Below are positions 1 through 6,867 of a stretch of DNA of 25,387 bases, piece after piece. Within the stretch, counting starts at the first letter, position 1. Every line of letters starts with the position of its first letter. The translations under genes were made by a program, and so were the position numbers. Source of the stretch: Clostridiales bacterium (GTDB lineage: Bacteria > Bacillota > Clostridia > Oscillospirales > Acutalibacteraceae). The DNA lies in the NCBI GenBank assembly GCA_019421725.1, contig JAHZES010000004.1, positions 1 through 25,387 of the forward strand. The letters are read 5' to 3'. The notes under the pieces were generated by a model, which worked only from the letters and a program-made list of their open reading frames with translations, was not told the origin of the DNA and did not search any database.

Positions 1-74
1 ACCGGTTGCTCCGAACTGCCGTTGAATAATTCCTTCAGGCTGCAAAAAGGCTCCTTTTCTGTTTGAAAATCCAT
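1..74 (-). CDS. 5' end of a gene running off the left edge (MDFQTEKEPFCSLKELFNGSSEQP...); product unknown
   Basis: ATG at 74-72 with AAAGGAG RBS (90-84) 9 nt upstream. The frame stays open to the window edge. Not in the ORF track. Confidence 0.6.
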   Translation of the reverse strand, partial: MDFQTEKEPFCSLKELFNGSSEQP

Positions 75-104
75 ACGGGCACTCTCCTTTTCCGGTTTCT
101 GTTT

Positions 105-134
105 ATTCTTATGCGCCGCATTACAACGATATTC
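105..134 (-). promoter_or_regulatory. Possible sporulation sigma factor (SigE-like) promoter for the truncated left-edge gene
   Basis: Minus strand reads GAATATC-14 nt-CATAAGAAT, similar to the B. subtilis SigE consensus (kmATATT-14-CATACAnT). Confidence 0.3.
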
Positions 135-185
135 CGTTCCGTTAATTTTTTGTCTGTGTGCGCCAGAGCGTGCTTCGGCAATAAC

Positions 186-204
186 TGTACTTTCATTGTA
201 CTTT
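186..204. promoter_or_regulatory. Direct repeat TGTACTTT x2 (11-bp period), candidate winged-helix regulator site
   Basis: Exact 8-mers at 186-193 and 197-204, the second overlapping the -35 element of the response regulator promoter. Confidence 0.4.
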
Positions 205-231
205 GCAAACTACCCGGTTCTGTGTTATACT
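203..231 (+). promoter_or_regulatory. SigA promoter of the response regulator
   Basis: TTGCAA (203-208), 17-nt spacer, extended -10 TG-N-TATACT (223-231). Confidence 0.7.
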
Positions 232-284
232 GAAAGCGTTTTAGTCCCCCGTTATGGGAGAAATATTTAAAGAGGGGTGCAACC

Positions 285-953
285 TTGTATCGAATTTTGA
301 TTGTAGAGGACGATCAGACCATTGCACAGGCGCTGCAGAAGCATTTGGAGGCTTGGGGACATTGCGCGCGATGTGTACAGGATTTTCATAACGTAGTGGC
401 TGAATTCACTGATTTTGACCCCCAACTGATGCTGCTTGATATCACTTTGCCGTTTTTTAACGGTTTTCATTGGTGCGAAGAAATTCGAAAATTTTCCAAA
501 ATACCCATCATGTTTCTTTCTTCCGCATCCGATAACATGAACATTATTATGGCCATTACACAAGGCGGCGACGACTTTATTGCAAAACCATTCGATTTAA
601 CGGTTCTTGCCGCAAAGGTTCAGGCGCTGCTCCGCAGAAGTTATGATTTTTCCGGTCAAAGCAATCTGATGCATTGCCGAGATGCAATTTTAAATCTAAG
701 CGAAGCAACTTTGCTGCACGGAGAAGAAAAAATCGAATTGACGCGAAATGAGCTGAAAATTCTACAGGTGTTGTTTGAAAACAGCGGGCACGTTGTTTCC
801 CGGGAAACGATGATGACCACTCTTTGGGAAACCGATTGTTTTGTTGATGACAATACGTTAACGGTCAATATCGCACGCTTAAGACGAAAGCTGAATGATA
901 TCGGCCTGAAGGAACTGATCGCAACAAAAAAAGGTATCGGCTACCAGGTTTAA
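285..953 (+). CDS. OmpR/PhoB-family response regulator, BceR/GraR-like
   Basis: Receiver domain (ILIVEDD, phosphoacceptor LLDITLP, DDFIAKPF) plus winged-helix domain (LTRNELKIL, DNTLTVNIARLRRKL, KKGIGY). TTG start with AGAGGGGTG RBS. Confidence 0.93.
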   Translation: MYRILIVEDDQTIAQALQKHLEAWGHCARCVQDFHNVVAEFTDFDPQLMLLDITLPFFNGFHWCEEIRKFSKIPIMFLSSASDNMNIIMAITQGGDDFIAKPFDLTVLAAKVQALLRRSYDFSGQSNLMHCRDAILNLSEATLLHGEEKIELTRNELKILQVLFENSGHVVSRETMMTTLWETDCFVDDNTLTVNIARLRRKLNDIGLKELIATKKGIGYQV

Positions 954-956
954 TTT

Positions 957-999
957 AAAAAAGGAAGAACCGACAAATAATTGCCGGTTCTTCCTTTTT
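957..999. terminator. Bidirectional intrinsic terminator between the response regulator and spoVM
   Basis: AAAAAAGGAAGAACCGACAA-ATAA-TTGCCGGTTCTTCCTTTTT inverted repeat with A and T tails between convergent genes. Confidence 0.88.
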
Positions 1000-1006
1000 C
1001 CGCTGT

Positions 1007-1096
1007 TTATTCATCCTGCTCGCTTTTTTTGATTCCGAAAAGCAGGCGGAGAATGCCGTTCATCATTTTCGGGCTTTTGACCACAACAATTTTCAT
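1007..1096 (-). CDS. spoVM: Stage V sporulation protein M (29 aa, MKIVVVKSPKMMNGILRLLFGIKKSEQDE)
   Basis: ATG at 1096, GGGAGG RBS at 1110-1105, TAA at 1009-1007. The MK..K.P9K...GI.R...G amphipathic pattern matches SpoVM, and the position downstream of thiN matches B. subtilis. Confidence 0.88.
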   Translation of the reverse strand: MKIVVVKSPKMMNGILRLLFGIKKSEQDE

Positions 1097-1135
1097 ATAA
1101 AAGGCCTCCCTGCAAAGTAATTTGATCAACTGCTT

Positions 1136-1303
1136 TTATTTAGCAACCAGCAAAACTCCAAAACAGCCAAATGAAATGGCAATCAGAACGGTTGCGGCGC
1201 CCGAAGACAAAACAAGCGCCGTTATCATACCTGCCGCAAAGGCAAGAGCGCATTTTCCACAGCAGCGCACCTGTTCACAGCGAAGTTTAGGGGCACAAAA
1301 CAT
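1136..1303 (-). CDS. Small hypothetical membrane protein (55 aa) with a Cys-rich N-terminus and a hydrophobic hairpin
   Basis: ATG at 1303 with AAAGAGAGG RBS. Sequence MFCAPKLRCEQVRCCGKCALAFAAGMITALVLSSGAATVLIAISFGCFGVLLVAK fills the gap between thiN and spoVM. Confidence 0.6.
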   Translation of the reverse strand: MFCAPKLRCEQVRCCGKCALAFAAGMITALVLSSGAATVLIAISFGCFGVLLVAK

Positions 1304-1337
1304 TGTTTTCGCCTCTCTTTCTTGCAAAACAGAGCAG

Positions 1338-1369
1338 AAAAAACTCCGGTATATCATCATATACCGTAG
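1338..1369 (-). terminator. Probable intrinsic terminator after thiN, possibly overlapping a sporulation promoter
   Basis: Minus strand CTACGGTATAT-GATG-ATATACCGGAG followed by TTTTTT, 12 nt after the thiN stop. Confidence 0.55.
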
Positions 1370-1381
1370 AGGCAAAAAGCG

Positions 1382-2032
1382 TTACTTTTTTTCTAAAATG
1401 ATCAGCAGGATTCCATCTTCCACCGCAATCCAGGCAGAATCCGAAACAATACGGTTGCTGACACCGAGAGGAAAATCCGCCTGTAAACAGAGGGAACGCA
1501 GCGGGTAAAGCACACCCTCTCCACTGACCACCGCCTGCCGGCAGCCTATCGGGAAAAGTGACAACCCGTCTCCGCATCTGTGATTTAATACGATGCGACC
1601 CTTTCCTATCACCTGCGCGGCACAGTTACCGTCAATCAGAGTTCCTCTGGCATTATGGCTCTGCAGGTAACACAAAGCAGTAAGATTGGCATAAGTATGG
1701 TCCAATCGGCCACCGGCACAATTCAGCAATAAAAAATCGCGATATCCGCGTGCCAAAGCGATTTTGATCGCGGCCATGGTATCGGTATCGTCCTTTTCCA
1801 CCGGCAGTGTCACATGCTCCCGTTCTGCCAGTTGCTCCGTATTTTCCAGCGAATCATAATCTCCGACCGTCAAATTGGGCTGAATGCCGCTGTTCAGTGC
1901 ATAAGACAATCCTCCGTCGGCACAAATTACAAAATCTTCCGGCAAAATCAAATCTGCCTGCCATTGAGGATTCGGCGCAGCGCCAATGATAACGCAGCGC
2001 TGCACAGGAGAATTGCAATTTAAGTTTTCCAT
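1382..2032 (-). CDS. thiN: Thiamine pyrophosphokinase
   Basis: CADGG, GDYDS, EKDDTDT, GGRLDH and LGVSN motifs; downstream of rsgA. Confidence 0.95.
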   Translation of the reverse strand: MENLNCNSPVQRCVIIGAAPNPQWQADLILPEDFVICADGGLSYALNSGIQPNLTVGDYDSLENTEQLAEREHVTLPVEKDDTDTMAAIKIALARGYRDFLLLNCAGGRLDHTYANLTALCYLQSHNARGTLIDGNCAAQVIGKGRIVLNHRCGDGLSLFPIGCRQAVVSGEGVLYPLRSLCLQADFPLGVSNRIVSDSAWIAVEDGILLIILEKK

Positions 2033-2901
2033 TCCTTAACATCCTTCACTTCTTCATAAAGAGCACAGTAACTCTGGTGGCGCGAAGCAGCAATTTCGCC
2101 GCGTTGAACCGCATTCAGCACCGAACATCCGTGTTCACGGCGATGTGTGCAGGAAGCAAATTTGCATTGCGTCAAATACGGAGCAAATTCACGAAAGCAA
2201 AATTCCAGATTTTCTTTTTTTATCTTTTCGCAGCGGTCGATATCAAGAGAAGAAAAACCCGGCGTATCTGCCACAAATCCTCCGCCCGGCACAGCAAAGA
2301 GCTCCACCTGGCGCGTAGTATGCCGTCCTCGCCCCAATTTTTTACTAATATCTCCAGTCTCTTGCTGTAGCATCGGCAGCAGCCGGTTCAGCAAAGTTGA
2401 TTTCCCGACGCCGGAATTACCGGTAAAGGCACTTTGGCAGCCCTGCAAAAGATTCAGCAGCTCGGCTGTTCCAGGGCTTTCCGGTGAAACCGAGAGAACA
2501 CGAATTCCGGCATTGCGATAAATCTGTTCTGCGTCTTTCACGGCCCGCAAATCGGTCTTTGTAAAAACGACTACAGGCTCAATTCCTTTATCCTCCGCAA
2601 TCGCAACCATTTTATCGATAAGGAACAGGTTTAAATTGGGTTCCACAGAAGACGCAACAATAAACAATCTGTCAAGATTTGCCACTGGCGGGCGGATCAG
2701 ACTGTTTTTTCGTTCCAAAATGGACTCTATCATACCCTGTTCCGGAACATCTCCGGTTGAAACCAGAACACGGTCTCCAACTAAAGGCGTTTTCTTTTCT
2801 TTCCGAAAAATCCCCCGGGCCTTGCATTCAAGTACCATATCTTCGGAAAGAACATAATAAAACCCGCCGATTCCTTTTAAGATAACTCCTGAACTCTGCA
2901 T
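2020..2901 (-). CDS. rsgA: Ribosome small subunit-dependent GTPase RsgA/CpgA
   Basis: Circularly permuted GTPase motifs TKTD, GNSGVGKS, GRHTT, DTPG. C-terminal CKFASCTHRREHGC zinc site and N-terminal OB fold. Confidence 0.97.
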   Translation of the reverse strand: MQSSGVILKGIGGFYYVLSEDMVLECKARGIFRKEKKTPLVGDRVLVSTGDVPEQGMIESILERKNSLIRPPVANLDRLFIVASSVEPNLNLFLIDKMVAIAEDKGIEPVVVFTKTDLRAVKDAEQIYRNAGIRVLSVSPESPGTAELLNLLQGCQSAFTGNSGVGKSTLLNRLLPMLQQETGDISKKLGRGRHTTRQVELFAVPGGGFVADTPGFSSLDIDRCEKIKKENLEFCFREFAPYLTQCKFASCTHRREHGCSVLNAVQRGEIAASRHQSYCALYEEVKDVKEWKT

Positions 2902-2924
2902 GAATAGCTCCTTTTAAAACGGAA

Positions 2925-2958
2925 AGGCTGCAGCAAAGCACATTCTCTGCCGCAGCCT
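2925..2958 (-). other. 14-bp intergenic stem-loop between prkC and rsgA (partial terminator or mRNA stabiliser)
   Basis: AGGCTGCGGCAGAG-AATGTG-CTTTGCTGCAGCCT, followed by the interrupted tail TTCCGTTTT. Confidence 0.6.
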
Positions 2959-2972
2959 GTTTGAATGGAAAT

Positions 2973-4994
2973 TTAGTCGCTGCTTTCGCTTTCTTCCTCT
3001 GAGTTTTCCGGCGGCGACGATGACGAAACATCCTCAACATAACCGTAGTCACGGACAAGAGATGCTGTTTTTTCCTGGAAATTGACCATCCATTGCTGAT
3101 AGTCCTTTCCGTTCAGTCGCACCATTACGGTCACCTCGGTATCTGTACCGGTCAGCGAAATGGACGTGGAGCCCGTCAGCGACGGATCAAGGTTTTTATC
3201 CTGCGACTGAACCTGTTCCCCATTTGCCCACACAGTCAACGCCAAAGAAGTGCTGGCAGTCTTTTTCGGCAATGTGACATTGAACGTCACCGTATTTTCC
3301 ACCGGAGCCGGAGGATTACCGCTGCTGATCGTCAATTCAATAGAGTCTCCTTCATTTACGGAAACTCCGTAAGCGGGATCCTGTCCAATGACTTCGTTCT
3401 TCGGGCGCTCGCTATCCACAACCTTGGGCGTAGAAACCTTAAGATTATTTTTCAAAATTTCATTCTTCGCATCTTCAAACGATTTTCCAAGGTAGTTGCC
3501 GACCACTACGGTTTTTTCTTCGGCACCCTTACTCACAAACAACGTGATTTTTGTGTTGGCCGTCACCATAGAACCTCCGGCCGGCGAAATTTCCACAACA
3601 TAGCCGGAAGCCGTATCGTCGCTGAACACCTGAACAATGGAGCTGCCAAGATTTTGCTCAGTCAAAAGCGCCGTCGCCTCCGATACCTGCATTCCAATCA
3701 GGGTCTCCGGTACCTGAACCTGTTCTCCGCTGTGATTGACATACAGCGTAACATCCGAACCCTTTTTCACCTTCTTCACATTACCTGTCGGTTCCTGCTT
3801 CATAATCTGGTCGATTTCTGCATTTTCATAGACATCATACTTGACAATAAAATTGAAGCTGTCTTGATACTGTTCCTGAACGTCCGGCAACATCTGCCCG
3901 ATAAAATTGGGCAAAAAAATCTCTTCGCTTTCATTCTGTGTCGGCAGGTTTCTGAAAAACAAAAACACACCAAAAACAATGGCGAAAAGCAAAAGCGCCG
4001 AGGTTACACCGGTAATGATCGGAATTGCGGTTGCCTTTTTACGCTGCTCAATCAAATCAACCGCGCCTTCTGTTTCCTCAGAAGCTTTTCCCCTTACTTT
4101 TTCGATCGCGTCAATATACTTCGTTGGCTTCTCGTCGATAAAGTACTGATACTGAAAACGGATGCTGGGATCCTGCCGGAAAGCGTTAATATCACGAATC
4201 ATTTCGGCAGCGGATCCATAGCGCTGCTCCGGATCCTTCTTCATCGCCTTCAGAGTAATCTCCTCCAGCCCCTCCGGAATCTCCGGATTGATGGAACGCG
4301 GCGGTTTTGCTTCCGACTGCATCTGCATAATAGCCACCGAAACCGCATTTTCAGCCTCAAACGGCAATTTTCCGGTCAGCATTTCATACAGCATGACGCC
4401 GACAGAATAAACATCCGACTTTTCGTCGGTAACAGCGCCGCGAGCCTGCTCCGGCGCAATATAATGAACCGAACCGATGGCTTTGTCGGTCATGGTTCTG
4501 GAATCACTGCGCGAAAATCTTGCGATCCCAAAATCGGTAACCTTAATCGTTCCATCCTTCAGCAGCATAATGTTCTGCGGCTTAATATCTCTGTGAATAA
4601 TTCCTTTTTCATGTGCGTGCTGCAGTGCGTATAAAATCTGCAGCGTAAAATGAACGGCTTCTTTCCAACGAATTACATGCTGCTGACTAATGTATTCCTT
4701 CAGCGTAATTCCGTCAATGTATTCCATAACGATATACTGCAGGCGATCCCCAAAGCTGACGTCATATACCTTAACGATGTTTGGATGCGAAAGCATTGCA
4801 ATAGCGCGCGATTCATTGCGGAAACGGCGCAAAAACTCCTGATTGCCAAGATATTCATCGCGCAGGATCTTAATACTGACTACACGGTCTTCCACACGGT
4901 CGTATGCCTTATAGACGATTGCCATGCCGCCGACACCGATGACTTCACGAATATCATAGCGGTCGTCCAGTCGTTTTCCAACATACCTATCCAT
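2973..4994 (-). CDS. prkC: PASTA-domain Ser/Thr kinase (PrkC/Stk1/PknB family)
   Basis: GVGGMA, HRDIKPQN, DFG and YIAPE kinase motifs, one TM helix, three PASTA-like repeats, acidic Ser-rich tail. Start moved to ATG 4994 (GGAGG at 5007-5003). Confidence 0.96.
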   Translation of the reverse strand: MDRYVGKRLDDRYDIREVIGVGGMAIVYKAYDRVEDRVVSIKILRDEYLGNQEFLRRFRNESRAIAMLSHPNIVKVYDVSFGDRLQYIVMEYIDGITLKEYISQQHVIRWKEAVHFTLQILYALQHAHEKGIIHRDIKPQNIMLLKDGTIKVTDFGIARFSRSDSRTMTDKAIGSVHYIAPEQARGAVTDEKSDVYSVGVMLYEMLTGKLPFEAENAVSVAIMQMQSEAKPPRSINPEIPEGLEEITLKAMKKDPEQRYGSAAEMIRDINAFRQDPSIRFQYQYFIDEKPTKYIDAIEKVRGKASEETEGAVDLIEQRKKATAIPIITGVTSALLLFAIVFGVFLFFRNLPTQNESEEIFLPNFIGQMLPDVQEQYQDSFNFIVKYDVYENAEIDQIMKQEPTGNVKKVKKGSDVTLYVNHSGEQVQVPETLIGMQVSEATALLTEQNLGSSIVQVFSDDTASGYVVEISPAGGSMVTANTKITLFVSKGAEEKTVVVGNYLGKSFEDAKNEILKNNLKVSTPKVVDSERPKNEVIGQDPAYGVSVNEGDSIELTISSGNPPAPVENTVTFNVTLPKKTASTSLALTVWANGEQVQSQDKNLDPSLTGSTSISLTGTDTEVTVMVRLNGKDYQQWMVNFQEKTASLVRDYGYVEDVSSSSPPENSEEESESSD

Positions 4995-5751
4995 TTTCAC
5001 TGCCTCCTGTAGGTTCATTCACCGATATCACAACCACGGTAATGTTATCGCTTCCTCCATCCTCATTTGCTAAAGCAATCAGTCCTTCTGCCAATTCATT
5101 CGGCAGAAAGCGCTTTGCCGCTGCACAGATCTGGTCGTTGCTCAGGTGGTTGGAAAGCCCATCGGAACACAGCAAAATCAAATCGCCGGACTGCAGTTGC
5201 CAGTCGGACACATCCACTTCGACCTCGCGCTGAACACCGATTGCCCGTGTAATAATATGCTTTTGCGGATGCCGCTGCGCCTGCTGTTCCGAAATCTCTC
5301 CGGAATCCACCATGGCCTGGACGATCGTATGGTCATGTGTCAGCTGCTGAACAGACCCTTCTCGCAAAAGCAGAGCGCGGCTATCGCCTACATGCACCAC
5401 AAAGAGGTGCTGCCGCTACACCAACGCCAGCACAGCCGTTGTGCCCATACCCTTTAGTCCTTCGTTTTTTCGTGATTCCTCATACACCGCAAGATTGGCG
5501 TTAAACAGGGCTGTGGTCAGCATCTGGATAGCTGATTTGTCGCTCATCTCAGAATGATAAGCTTTTTGCAGCTGATCCTGCAGAACTTTAACGCAAAGCT
5601 CGCTTGCAATGTTTCCGCCGTTTACTCCACCCATACCGTCACACACTGCCGCGCAAAGAACATTGGGCTCCGGCTCCATTGAAAACATCGCATCCTGATT
5701 GGAAGACCGAATCTTACCCGTATCGGTTTTCATGTAAACTTTCATTAACAT
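4987..5751 (-). pseudogene. prpC: PP2C-type Ser/Thr phosphatase (PrpC/Stp1) interrupted by one in-frame TAG at 5418-5416; nonsense allele, readthrough or sequence error
   Basis: Track ORFs 5416-5757 and 4987-5400 are in the same frame: ...MGTTAVLALV*RQHLFVVHVGDSR... Motifs RSSNQD, DGMGG, MGTT, HVGDSR, LCSDGL and DNIT are all present. Start is 5751 or 5745. Confidence 0.88.
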
Positions 5752-5778
5752 GCCCATTCCTTTCAGACGTCCTGGCTT

Positions 5779-6837
5779 TTAAAGTGAATTCAGACGCAAC
5801 GGACTATCTGTTTGTTCAAGACGTTTCTGCCTAAGCTGGCCGCAGGAAGCATTAATGTCCGCGCCTAATGTGCGGCGAACCGTCACAGCAATGCCTCTGC
5901 GGGACAATATATCTGAAAAACGCTCCAGTCGTTCCCGACTGCTGCGTTTGTATTGATTCTCTTTAACTTCGTTCACAGGAATCAAATTCACATGACAGAG
6001 CGTTCCACTAAGCTTTTCTGCCAATTCTCTTGCACAGGCATCACTGTCGTTCACACCGGAAATCATCGCATATTCAAAAGAGATCCTTCGCCCGGTTGCC
6101 TGTTCATACTTCCGGCAGGCTGTCAGAAGCTCCTGCATACTCCAACGGCGGGCAATCGGCATCGTCTTTTGGCGAATCCCATCATTCGGCGCATGCAGAG
6201 AAACCGAAAGCGTCAGCTGTAGTTTCTCCTGCATCAAATCATAAATACGATCCACCCCGCCACAGGTAGAAAGCGAAATGTGCCGCATGCCAATATTCAA
6301 ACCCTTTTCCGCTGAAACAAGATGCAAAAAACGCAGAACGGCATCATAATTGTCCAGCGGTTCACCCATGCCCATCAGCACAATATTGGAAATACAAATA
6401 TTCTTATCCCGTTCAATCGCCTGAATCTGTGCCAGCATTTCGGAAGCAGTCAAATTCCGCCGAAAGCCCCCCAGCCCTGTGGCACAGAAGGTGCAGCCCA
6501 TTTTACAACCGACCTGGGAAGAAATGCAGACCGAGTAGCCATGATGATAATGCATCAGAACCGATTCAATGGTTTCCCCGTCGATTAATTCGAAGAGATA
6601 TTTTGAAGTATCGTCCAACGAAGAGTCCCAACGCTGAATCTTTTTGGCGCAGCGAAGCTCGAACACTTCCTTCATCTTCTCACGCAGTTCTTTGGGAAGA
6701 TTGGTCATTTCGTCAAAGCTTTCTACACCCTTTTGCTGCAGCCATGTGACGATTTGGTCGGCACGGTAGGACGGTTCACCCAGTTGAGCGACTGCAGCGC
6801 GAACCTCTTCCTCCGTCGCAGAACGGATATCTGTCAC
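5779..6837 (-). CDS. rlmN: Dual-specificity RNA methyltransferase RlmN (radical SAM)
   Basis: CKMGCTFC, MGMGEP, SLHA and ASCGQL motifs. Start moved to GTG 6837 behind GGGAGGTG. Confidence 0.96.
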   Translation of the reverse strand: MTDIRSATEEEVRAAVAQLGEPSYRADQIVTWLQQKGVESFDEMTNLPKELREKMKEVFELRCAKKIQRWDSSLDDTSKYLFELIDGETIESVLMHYHHGYSVCISSQVGCKMGCTFCATGLGGFRRNLTASEMLAQIQAIERDKNICISNIVLMGMGEPLDNYDAVLRFLHLVSAEKGLNIGMRHISLSTCGGVDRIYDLMQEKLQLTLSVSLHAPNDGIRQKTMPIARRWSMQELLTACRKYEQATGRRISFEYAMISGVNDSDACARELAEKLSGTLCHVNLIPVNEVKENQYKRSSRERLERFSDILSRRGIAVTVRRTLGADINASCGQLRQKRLEQTDSPLRLNSL

Positions 6838-6867
6838 CTGTGTCCACCTCCCGACTGTTCTCATTGC

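Noticed and set aside
1304..1375. N-terminal extension of the 79-aa track ORF
   Set aside because: It overlaps the thiN terminator hairpin, and the only good RBS precedes ATG 1303.
3093..4634. 513-aa plus-strand ORF
   Set aside because: Fully antisense to prkC, with no recognisable motifs or RBS; a shadow ORF.
4987..5400. Treating the C-terminal phosphatase ORF as an independent gene
   Set aside because: It has no RBS, is in frame with the upstream half, and lacks the N-terminal catalytic motifs.
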